Of a DNA stretch of 64,000 nucleotides, positions 19,109-28,007 are shown piece after piece. Source of the stretch: Bacteroidales bacterium (GTDB lineage: Bacteria > Bacteroidota > Bacteroidia > Bacteroidales > UBA12077); assembly GCA_003446015.1 (NCBI GenBank), contig DMBU01000091.1, positions 9,380-73,379 of the forward strand, read 5' to 3'. The notes under the pieces are model-generated. The model ran no database searches, was not told the origin of the DNA, and saw only the letters and a program-made list of their open reading frames with translations. Each line of letters opens with the position of its first letter. The first letter of the stretch is position 1. The position numbers were made by a program, and so were the translations under genes.

Positions 19109-21868
19109 TTAATTTTTTAATAGTTTACCTGTATAGGCATTCTCATCAAAAATTAGTTTAAAGAAATAAATCCCATTCTTTAATTCTGTTGCATTTATCT
19201 CAACGTTGTCGGACCCGGTAATTTCTTCTTGCAATCTCAATTTACCATCTATATCATACAAGTAGATGTTTCCTGTTTTTTCATATTCTCCAGAGATTTC
19301 AAAATAAAATATTCCTGAAGAGGGATTAGGGTAAACCTTAAGTTCTTGCTTAGTATCTAGTACTTTGTTAAACAATGCTGTAGGAAGATTGGGTTGTTTT
19401 AATTTTACATCTGTATAAAACCTATACTCCCCCGGTTCAAAAATTAAGGATTGATCGGCACGTGTTATGGAAAGGGTATCGCCACTATAAAGTTCAAACC
19501 AATTGCCTAATTTTGGAAAAGTAGCACTTACAAAAAGAGAGGTTACATCAAAATTACCCATAATTACAACATTCATATCGTCACTATATAAATTAATAGT
19601 TTTAGCTTTTCCATCCTGATCTAATGTAAAATCAGAGGTAGAAAAAACATCATAATTAAGTTTTAAGTTATTCAGGGTTTTGTAAATTGTATAAAGCCTG
19701 TATCGATCTTCCTGGTTGTAATATTCCCAATGGATAGGTTTATTGCAAACTCTGCAGTCATCATCAATTGATATATCATAACCTAATTCTCCAAACTGCC
19801 AGATCATTTTAGGTCCGGGTATTGGAATAAAAAAGTTTGCAACCAGTTCAACTCGTTTAAGAGCAGTAGGGAGATCCTTAATATCATAACTCCCATATGA
19901 AATTCCACTGCTAAGATTTGTATACATTAACCTTTCTTCATCGTGGCTTTCCATGTAGCTTATTAAATTTGGAGTACTCCAGCTTCGTTCAGTATAAAGC
20001 CCCCATGAAATATCAGATGTATTTCCTTTTGAAGCTTCGCGATATTCGTGATTAATATTACCCCAAATCATCATTCCATAATCAGACAATTCAATTTCCT
20101 CGGTATTATTTGTAAAATGCTCCAGGATAATATATGCATTTGAATTAATTGCCCAAATTTCATTGGCCATTCTTTTTAAGATTGCAATTCTTGAAGCATC
20201 ATAATTCCATCCATCACCAATGGTGTTTGTAAAGCCTTTAGTAAAATCGAAACGAAAGCCATCTACCTTATATTTTTCTAACCAAAACCGATTTACACTA
20301 TCAACAAACTCTTTGGTATAAATGCTTTCGTGATTAAAATCATAGCCCCACGAATAGGATGTGTTGGGAGACTGTACATTATACCAAGGATTATCAGCCG
20401 TAGGTTTTTCGCCGTCAAAATACATGCGAACTAATGGAGACTGACCATAAGAATGATTTAAAACCATATCCATAATAACAGCAATACCCCTGCCATGACA
20501 TGAATCGACAAATGCTTTTAAGTCGTTTTTTGGTCCATAATATTTATCGGGAGCAAAATAAAAACTTGGATTATAGCCCCAACTTTCATTACCCTCAAAT
20601 TCACTAACCGGCATTAATTCTATTGCATTTATTCCTAAAGAATCGAGATAATCGAGCGTATCTTTTAAGGTTTTATAATCATGATTTGCCAAAAAATCTC
20701 TAACCAGCAATTCATAAATAATAAGATTCTCTTTTCCCGGAATAGCAAAATCATCATTTTTCCATTGATATTCATCCTGATTTGTTTGCAATACAGAAGC
20801 AGTACTTGAAGTTTTATCTTCGGGATATGCAATTAATCCAGGATATGTATCTTCTAAAATATATTTGTCATTTACATCACTTGTTTTTTCGGTATATGGA
20901 TCAGCAATTTTTAATTCTCCATCGATAAAATATTGAAAAATATATTCTTCCTTTGGTGTTAAGCCTCCAATCGCAAGCCAGTAATACTTTCCATCAGGTG
21001 TTCTATTCATCATGTAATCATCACTTAAACTCCAACTATTAAAATCACCAATAACAAAAACAAAATCCTTATTTGGAGCAAAAAGAACCAAGCCTACAGA
21101 ATCTGCAGCCAAATAATTAATTCCCTTGATCCATCCTGAAGGCAAATCACCTTCATTATTAGTTCCTCTGGCAAAATAATTAACAGAATCTGCAGCAAAT
21201 TCGGTTGCATTCTCAGCAATAACTTTTATTTTATGTGATCCGGCAATATTTTCAGTATGCGAATAACTAAGATTTGTCCCCTCCAATTTGCTTATTAAAA
21301 TATCATCAATAAATAAAAACATACTATCGGCATCGTTTGATGTTGCACTAATATCAACCTGCTGACCGGGAATAATGATATAGTTGTTTGTTGGAGACGA
21401 TATATTTAGATTTAATCCAGCTTCATACACTTCAACAAAAGCATCTCCCCCATCAGCTTCTCTTCCTGTAATTGAGCCATCAGAATTTCTGAATACAAAA
21501 GCAAGTTTGAGTATAACTTCCTCGTCGGGTACTCCATAAAACTCCTTTATACTGGGTTGAATTTCCAATTTATAAAGATTAGATGTTACCTCGATTAGCT
21601 TTGCTTTATCTGTATTCACATTCCATTCTGCAATTACATATTTCCAGTCCGAAGATGATGTGCTTTGATCAGTTATTACTCCAGTATGTGCATAAATATC
21701 ACCACTGTAATCCATAAGACCCTGATTCCCCTGTGTAGCATCAAAATATATGGTTACCGCAGCATCTGCAACAGGAAACTCAGGATCGGTTGTAATTACC
21801 TGAGAATACGAGGCTAAAGCTTCCGCAAATAACATGATAAAAACTAAAATAATTGTTTTTGCATTCAT
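19109..21868 (-). CDS. Large GH13 alpha-amylase/pullulanase-like enzyme with a T9SS C-terminal sorting domain
   Basis: GH13 regions VIMDMVLNHS, DGFRFDFTKG and YMESHDE. The C-terminal ~80 aa (KVYPNPSSGIFYFE..NGIYFFKL..GKLLKN) matches the type A T9SS CTD pattern. Confidence 0.85.
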   Translation of the reverse strand: MNAKTIILVFIMLFAEALASYSQVITTDPEFPVADAAVTIYFDATQGNQGLMDYSGDIYAHTGVITDQSTSSSDWKYVIAEWNVNTDKAKLIEVTSNLYKLEIQPSIKEFYGVPDEEVILKLAFVFRNSDGSITGREADGGDAFVEVYEAGLNLNISSPTNNYIIIPGQQVDISATSNDADSMFLFIDDILISKLEGTNLSYSHTENIAGSHKIKVIAENATEFAADSVNYFARGTNNEGDLPSGWIKGINYLAADSVGLVLFAPNKDFVFVIGDFNSWSLSDDYMMNRTPDGKYYWLAIGGLTPKEEYIFQYFIDGELKIADPYTEKTSDVNDKYILEDTYPGLIAYPEDKTSSTASVLQTNQDEYQWKNDDFAIPGKENLIIYELLVRDFLANHDYKTLKDTLDYLDSLGINAIELMPVSEFEGNESWGYNPSFYFAPDKYYGPKNDLKAFVDSCHGRGIAVIMDMVLNHSYGQSPLVRMYFDGEKPTADNPWYNVQSPNTSYSWGYDFNHESIYTKEFVDSVNRFWLEKYKVDGFRFDFTKGFTNTIGDGWNYDASRIAILKRMANEIWAINSNAYIILEHFTNNTEEIELSDYGMMIWGNINHEYREASKGNTSDISWGLYTERSWSTPNLISYMESHDEERLMYTNLSSGISYGSYDIKDLPTALKRVELVANFFIPIPGPKMIWQFGELGYDISIDDDCRVCNKPIHWEYYNQEDRYRLYTIYKTLNNLKLNYDVFSTSDFTLDQDGKAKTINLYSDDMNVVIMGNFDVTSLFVSATFPKLGNWFELYSGDTLSITRADQSLIFEPGEYRFYTDVKLKQPNLPTALFNKVLDTKQELKVYPNPSSGIFYFEISGEYEKTGNIYLYDIDGKLRLQEEITGSDNVEINATELKNGIYFFKLIFDENAYTGKLLKN

Positions 21869-21895
21869 CCTAACTGATAATTAAATTTAAACAAG

Positions 21896-23788
21896 TTAAT
21901 TTTTAAAGATTAAAATTATTGCATTTGTTGGTTCCATCTCAATATCAATAAATCCATCTTTAGAACTATAGATCTGAATATCATTTAAAGCATCGTAATA
22001 TTCTCCATTATTTGTTACCGGTATATGTAATAATTTTGCACTTTCAGATTTATTAAAAGCAACAACAATTTCGTCGGATTCGTTTTTACGATTATATGCC
22101 AAAGTCCTGTTTTCATCGTCAATTAGCGAAAAATCAATTTCTCCATAAACTAATACAGAGTTTGATTTACGAATGTGAATCAATTTTTTGTAAAAGTTTA
22201 ATAAACTTGTGTCTTGCTCTACTTTATCAGTTTTTCTTTCTTTATCGAACGGATGAGTTTTTTCCTCATCATATTTAATATCAGCCCAAACCATTGGTTT
22301 TCGTGTACAGGGATCGTCGGAACCCCACATACCAACCTCATCGCCATACCAAATATGAGGAGCACCAATATACGTATATTGATGAATTAACAACATTTTC
22401 TGGATAGCTCTTGTGTTTTCATCGGGTTTGTCGATTTTATAATTTTCGTTCTCCCAGGGTTTTGCTTTGTACTTATATCTTCCATTATTGTACAAAGAAG
22501 TTGCTGTGCGCGGAGCATCATGACTTGCCGTTAGGTTCATCATAGCCTGCATATTATCTATTTTAATGTCTTCAAATTCCTTTTTAAGGCCGTTTACAAA
22601 ATCACTTGGGTTCATTGGCTCGGGAGCATCTGCAAAAAAGTTTCTGGCAGGTCTGTACCAATGATAATGCATAATTGCATCAAATATATCGCCCTGCAAG
22701 TAAAACTGTGGCATAACGAATTCGTCGGGCCATGATTTCCACCAAATCTCACCAACAAGATAGGCTTCGGGGTTGATGCTTTTAACTACTTTTCTGTAAT
22801 CTTGCCAAAATCCAACTGGAACTTTTTCTGCAACATCAAGTCTAAATCCATCAACACCTTCGGATGGATCTCCATCCATATTTGGATCTAACCAACGTTT
22901 GGTTACATTAAAGATGTGTTGTTTTGCTGCTTCGTTATGTAAGTTACCTTTTAATGGAACATCTTCGAGTGAACCAATAATATCTTTTTTAATTTCTGGC
23001 ATGGTCTGAACACCAGCCCATCCATTATATTTAAATTCGTTTTCTTCGGTAGTAGGATCGTCAAAACTTTCAATTTCATACCAATCAGCAAATTCTGAAT
23101 CTTTTCCTTTTTCTTTTACATCCTTAAAGGCCCAAAATTCTTTGCCAGTATGATTCCATGAATAATCCAAAATTACTTTAATATTTCTTTTATGACACTC
23201 ATCAATAACTTTAAGAAACAGCTGATCGGCACTTGTCCATTTCCATGTTTCAGGATTAACCGGATTTTCAGTTTTAATTAATTCAATGTCATTTTCTGGA
23301 TCGGGTCCAAAATTTCTGTCAATATGTCTCCAGTACCTGGGATCATATTTATGTAATGAAGGAGAATCATTTAATGGATTAAAATAAATAGCTGTAATAC
23401 CTAAAGATTGCAAATAATCGAGCTCATCAAGCACTCCTTGCAGATCACCACCAAATCTTCTAAGCTGCAAGTTGTCCCATTTATTTGGCAACGGGGAATT
23501 GCTGAAATAATCATCAGGTTTATACCAATCGTGTCCCCATTCAGTTATGTGCCAGTTTCCGGGAATGCTATCAGGATATGTTCCTACAATGTCTTTTGCA
23601 GTTGGATCATTTGAAGAATCTCCATTTCGAAATCGCTCAACAAATATTTGATACCAGATTGCTTGTTTGCTCCATTCGGGAGCATAGCTAAGATCAGTAT
23701 TTGATATTTGCTCTGTTTTGCTTTTTTGATTACATGAAAAGCTAATACTTATTACAAAAAGGATTAAAATACTTGTCTTTACTTTCAT
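21896..23788 (-). CDS. GH13 alpha-amylase/neopullulanase-like lipoprotein
   Basis: GH13 regions ILDYSWNHTG, DGFRLDVAEKV, YLVGEIW and LTASHDAPR. The start is set at MKVKTSIL (lipobox SFSC) because the longer ORF would run through a terminator hairpin. Confidence 0.85.
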   Translation of the reverse strand: MKVKTSILILFVISISFSCNQKSKTEQISNTDLSYAPEWSKQAIWYQIFVERFRNGDSSNDPTAKDIVGTYPDSIPGNWHITEWGHDWYKPDDYFSNSPLPNKWDNLQLRRFGGDLQGVLDELDYLQSLGITAIYFNPLNDSPSLHKYDPRYWRHIDRNFGPDPENDIELIKTENPVNPETWKWTSADQLFLKVIDECHKRNIKVILDYSWNHTGKEFWAFKDVKEKGKDSEFADWYEIESFDDPTTEENEFKYNGWAGVQTMPEIKKDIIGSLEDVPLKGNLHNEAAKQHIFNVTKRWLDPNMDGDPSEGVDGFRLDVAEKVPVGFWQDYRKVVKSINPEAYLVGEIWWKSWPDEFVMPQFYLQGDIFDAIMHYHWYRPARNFFADAPEPMNPSDFVNGLKKEFEDIKIDNMQAMMNLTASHDAPRTATSLYNNGRYKYKAKPWENENYKIDKPDENTRAIQKMLLIHQYTYIGAPHIWYGDEVGMWGSDDPCTRKPMVWADIKYDEEKTHPFDKERKTDKVEQDTSLLNFYKKLIHIRKSNSVLVYGEIDFSLIDDENRTLAYNRKNESDEIVVAFNKSESAKLLHIPVTNNGEYYDALNDIQIYSSKDGFIDIEMEPTNAIILIFKN

Positions 23789-23806
23789 CGGTTTTAATTT
23801 TGGGGT

Positions 23807-23832
23807 AAAAAAAGCCCGCAGTTGCGGGCTTT
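23807..23832 (-). terminator. Intrinsic terminator/attenuator inside the starch locus, between the susF-like gene and GH13
   Basis: GC-rich stem agcccgc/gcgggct with a 4 nt loop, followed on the minus strand by T6. Confidence 0.7.
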
Positions 23833-23849
23833 TAAATATCACAATTTGC

Positions 23850-25562
23850 TTATTTTACTGCAGTAACAGTGGCAAAAAACTTGTCTGTTCCACTCAAATC
23901 TAAAGTAACGTCATATGTTCCTGCACCTGGAGTTGCAAGATTATCAGGGGACCCATTAATTAAATTATCTAATGATCCACCTAAATTAATATCCCAGCCA
24001 TCATTTGCCCTAAACTTATACGAACCAGATGCCAAGAAATCAACTTGACCTTCCCAAACTTTATTTGTTGAGTTATAAGTTAAATTAACATCTGTGTCCC
24101 AACTACCAGCTTGAGCATCACCAATAACTCCCCAATCCGTTTTTGTTAAAACTACTGTTTTATTAAACATATCAAATTTGATTTCATAAAATCCAGGTGT
24201 AGAATATGTCGGTAGGCCAGATACAATTATATTACCTCCTCCATCAGCAATTTCACCAGGCGAGGCTCCTGCTCCCCAAAGTCCATCCCAACTATCTCTT
24301 TCAACTAATATTTTAATCTCAGATGCATCATCTAAATATTGATATCCAACATGTATATTATTACCAAGAGCAGCTAGGTATTGTCCATGATTATTCCAAC
24401 CATTAATAGATCCAACTAACCAAATGTTAGCCGCTTTAATAGTATATGTTCCTTGTTTGATATTTACCACAATTTTATAAGTATCACCTCCTCCATCGAA
24501 TGTAATATTATCATTTTTACCTTCTGGGCCTAAAATACCTGAATTTCCCATTCCTCCAATATTAGCCCAATTTGGCGACCATTCACCATTTCCAATAACA
24601 AATTTAAATTGAGCTTCATCAGGTAAAACAATTTCATAAGTAAAAACACCTTCTGAAAGCTTGGTCATTTCAAATTGGGGTGGATTAGCCTGAGCATCCC
24701 AGCCACTTATACTACCTACTAAGTATAATTGATCATAGTCTTCAACATATGTATGTCCATTATGCTCATATGTTTCTATAATAAGAGTACTTGTTAAATA
24801 ATCAGCTTCGATTTTATACCAACCTGTTGCTCCTGTAAAAGTGAAGTTTTTCATTTCATCTCCTGCACTTGCAACATTATCTGGTAAATTAACTAAACTT
24901 TCATAGTTGTATGTATTATCTACTGTATCTTGTTCCATTAAGAATCTGAACATTTTATTATTTTCAAGATATGTAAATACCGTAAACTTACCATCTTCTT
25001 TATATGTAGCTAAAGCACTACCAGCATCGTAACCAACTGTTGTTGCACTTCCAAATATGTATAATTCATCAGGAACGGGTACATCCTTATATGTTGTAAC
25101 CGTGAATGAAAGGGGATCCGTAAATAATGAATCTAAATCTTCATGAACAAATGCTTTAATCCTTAATTGTAAGTCATATGTTTGAACAGGACTATATCCA
25201 TTTGCAAGAAGTTTAGTGTTTAGGTTACCTTCAGTAATTATTATTGAAGTTTCAGAAGTTGTACTAGCCTCAATTACAAAATAAGAGCTAAAGTTGCTAC
25301 CTGAATCTGCAACTTGAACAGAATAATGTGTAATTAAACCTTGTCCCTCGTATAATTGAGCAGCAGTCCATACTAATGTATCCCAGGCTAAATCTTCATT
25401 TTCCTTAAGTAAAGTAACTACGGGGTTGTCAATACCATTAGTTATGGCCTGAGCTACATTGTTATAACTTGGTGGTGCCGGTGGATTATCAAAATCATCT
25501 ACATCACAAGAATAGATAGATACAGCAACCAAGACTATCAATAAATATTTTATTTTATTCAT
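23850..25562 (-). CDS. SusF/SusE-family outer-membrane starch-binding lipoprotein (multi-module)
   Basis: Lipobox IYSC. The position is directly downstream of susD and the susE-like gene. It contains repeated modules (Y/W)(I/L)(V/F)GS..GW. Confidence 0.7.
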   Translation of the reverse strand: MNKIKYLLIVLVAVSIYSCDVDDFDNPPAPPSYNNVAQAITNGIDNPVVTLLKENEDLAWDTLVWTAAQLYEGQGLITHYSVQVADSGSNFSSYFVIEASTTSETSIIITEGNLNTKLLANGYSPVQTYDLQLRIKAFVHEDLDSLFTDPLSFTVTTYKDVPVPDELYIFGSATTVGYDAGSALATYKEDGKFTVFTYLENNKMFRFLMEQDTVDNTYNYESLVNLPDNVASAGDEMKNFTFTGATGWYKIEADYLTSTLIIETYEHNGHTYVEDYDQLYLVGSISGWDAQANPPQFEMTKLSEGVFTYEIVLPDEAQFKFVIGNGEWSPNWANIGGMGNSGILGPEGKNDNITFDGGGDTYKIVVNIKQGTYTIKAANIWLVGSINGWNNHGQYLAALGNNIHVGYQYLDDASEIKILVERDSWDGLWGAGASPGEIADGGGNIIVSGLPTYSTPGFYEIKFDMFNKTVVLTKTDWGVIGDAQAGSWDTDVNLTYNSTNKVWEGQVDFLASGSYKFRANDGWDINLGGSLDNLINGSPDNLATPGAGTYDVTLDLSGTDKFFATVTAVK

Positions 25563-25583
25563 ATTGATTAATTTTTAAATTAT

Positions 25584-26363
25584 TTACTCAACTAATGCCA
25601 TAGCAATAGATTTTGCATCTAAATCTACCGTTATTTTATAATTACCAGTTTCTCCATCGAACCTATAGTTAGGATCAGAATGAGTAGTTTCATCAGCTAA
25701 AAGTTCAGACACTTCTCCTGTAAAGTAATCGTATCCCCATTGGTCAGCATCCCAAGAAGGTTCCTTAAAGAACCGGAAGTGTCCTCCATTAGTAAACTGA
25801 GTTGTTGTTTCATATTTATTTGCTGCAACACCTGTTACTTCGACAGCCAAATCCGTATTCCAGTCACTAACAGCCGTACCTATCATATAAATTGGGTCAT
25901 AAGCGTTATAAGCTGTTATAGTGAAGCTAAGAACATTTGAATAAACAGGTTCATAACTAGTTCCAATAGAAGCAGACACTCGAATTTCAATTGATGTAGA
26001 AATCTCAGGCTTAAATCCATAATTTAAAAAAGCTGAATTAAAAGTTTTCACAGTAACGGTATCTGTAAATTCATTAATTATTGTATAGAATTCTTTTGCG
26101 TCAGCAAAATTATTTGTGGCAGTATCCATTTCAAGTGTATAAGTCACTGGGGTAACAACTCCATAATCTACTTCTGTCCAGGCAAATACACAAAACGTGT
26201 CAGTTTCATTTTCTTCTAACAATACATATTCATCGTTCGTAAAAACTTGTAAAGTACTTCCTGCAATATCTTTATTTAGAACCGCAGTAGGATCTTCATC
26301 TTCGCAAGCAATAAACGAAAACAGAATTAGTATAAACGTAATAATTATATTATATTTTTTCAT
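25584..26363 (-). CDS. SusE-like outer-membrane lipoprotein
   Basis: Lipobox FIAC. The call rests on size and on position immediately after susD. Confidence 0.6.
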   Translation of the reverse strand: MKKYNIIITFILILFSFIACEDEDPTAVLNKDIAGSTLQVFTNDEYVLLEENETDTFCVFAWTEVDYGVVTPVTYTLEMDTATNNFADAKEFYTIINEFTDTVTVKTFNSAFLNYGFKPEISTSIEIRVSASIGTSYEPVYSNVLSFTITAYNAYDPIYMIGTAVSDWNTDLAVEVTGVAANKYETTTQFTNGGHFRFFKEPSWDADQWGYDYFTGEVSELLADETTHSDPNYRFDGETGNYKITVDLDAKSIAMALVE

Positions 26364-26381
26364 TTTATATTTTTTTTAATA

Positions 26382-27986
26382 TTAATATCCGGGGTTTTGA
26401 ACCAAGTTAGGATTTGCACTAATATCAGATGAAGGAATTGGGAACAAATTATATTTGGAATCTGTTGATCTACCTTCTTTGATTTTCCCTTTCCAGGGCC
26501 ATAAATAACTATCACCAGTAAATTTTCCGAATCTAATTAAATCGGTTCTTCGGTGACCTTCCCAGTACAATTCTCTTGCACGTTCATCAAGAATAAAATC
26601 TAAGGTAAGCTGACCAGTGGTAATATCTCCAGAGTCATCACCGTAGGCTCTTCCTCTTATTAAATTGATATAATCACGAGCTGTACCTATATCACCTCCA
26701 ACACCACCTCTTAAAACAGCTTCAGCATACATTAAATATACATCCGCAAATCTAAATAGTGGGTAATCTGTATCAGTCCATTCATCGCTTGAAGCCATAT
26801 CGCCAGTAGAAGTAACATTTTTAAATTTTACCAGAGAATAACCTTCTTCAAACACACCAATATCTTCAATATCTAAAGTATGATCCTGAATATATACCAT
26901 TGCCCTCCATGTTTCATTATTATCGCTGGCATCTTGGAATGTTCTTGCTCTTTGATCAGTATTTAATGTAAATTTCTCGATTAAGCTTCTTGTAGTTCGA
27001 ATACCTCCCCAACCACCGGCTACACCATAATTCTCAAGAAGGTTTGTCATTGTGCCTCCAATTGCAGCATGAACCAGATAATTTGTACCACCCCATGATT
27101 TTGTAAAAGCACCATCATGACGAACAGCAAAAATAAGTTCGTTAGTTAAAGTATGATTATCAGCTAAAAAAAGATCGGCATAGTTACCTGCTAAAGAATA
27201 ACCGGCATCAATAATTTTATTACAATAAGTTATACATTCAGTGTATTTACTTTCACCTATGTAAACCTCAGCATTTAGATATAATTTAGCCAACAGCATC
27301 CATGCAGCAGCTCTGTCTGCTCTCCCATAATCACTTGTTCTTGGTTCAGACATTATGGTTTCAATAGCTAATAATTCCGATTCGATATATGAGAAAAGAT
27401 CCGCTCTATTTGTTTGAATTGGGAAAAATGCGCCCGGAAGATCATCTTCGGTAACAAAAGGAGGATTTGCAAAGAAATCCATTGCATACCAATAAGATAA
27501 TGCTCTTAAAAATCTGGCTTCTGCAGAATGAACCTGATATTGTTCCATCCCTTCAGTTCTTCGCACAAATTCGTTACAAATCGTTACTTCGAACATTAAT
27601 CTGTTATAAAGTCCGGCAATAAATAAATCGGCAGAAGACCATGTATGATAATGAAAATCTTTAATCGTTTTATCATTCCATCCAACAACAGCTTCATCTG
27701 TGGTAAGTTCCTGAGCCATCCATAATTGGCGTAAATAGTGAGATTCACCTTCGTCTCCGGTTAAAATATCCTGAGCACCACTGGGACCTTGTTGTCCTGT
27801 AACTGACAAACCAGCATAGCATTTTGCTAACAACTGAAGATATGCCGAGTCGCTTGAAAAAACATTATTTGGAGTTAATACATCTTTATCTAAGGGTTCT
27901 GTATCAAGATCATTAATACAAGAAACAAAGAAAGATATTATTAACATTAATCCGAAATAAGTTATTTTATTATATTTTATTTTCAT
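26382..27986 (-). CDS. susD: SusD/RagB-family nutrient-binding outer-membrane lipoprotein
   Basis: 534 aa with lipobox FVSC. It has typical SusD blocks (R..RA.SY..M..F.., LF.AD.Y, RARELYWEGHRR.DLIRF) and directly follows susC. Confidence 0.9.
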   Translation of the reverse strand: MKIKYNKITYFGLMLIISFFVSCINDLDTEPLDKDVLTPNNVFSSDSAYLQLLAKCYAGLSVTGQQGPSGAQDILTGDEGESHYLRQLWMAQELTTDEAVVGWNDKTIKDFHYHTWSSADLFIAGLYNRLMFEVTICNEFVRRTEGMEQYQVHSAEARFLRALSYWYAMDFFANPPFVTEDDLPGAFFPIQTNRADLFSYIESELLAIETIMSEPRTSDYGRADRAAAWMLLAKLYLNAEVYIGESKYTECITYCNKIIDAGYSLAGNYADLFLADNHTLTNELIFAVRHDGAFTKSWGGTNYLVHAAIGGTMTNLLENYGVAGGWGGIRTTRSLIEKFTLNTDQRARTFQDASDNNETWRAMVYIQDHTLDIEDIGVFEEGYSLVKFKNVTSTGDMASSDEWTDTDYPLFRFADVYLMYAEAVLRGGVGGDIGTARDYINLIRGRAYGDDSGDITTGQLTLDFILDERARELYWEGHRRTDLIRFGKFTGDSYLWPWKGKIKEGRSTDSKYNLFPIPSSDISANPNLVQNPGY

Positions 27987-28007
27987 GATTCTTGTTTTTA
28001 ATATAGT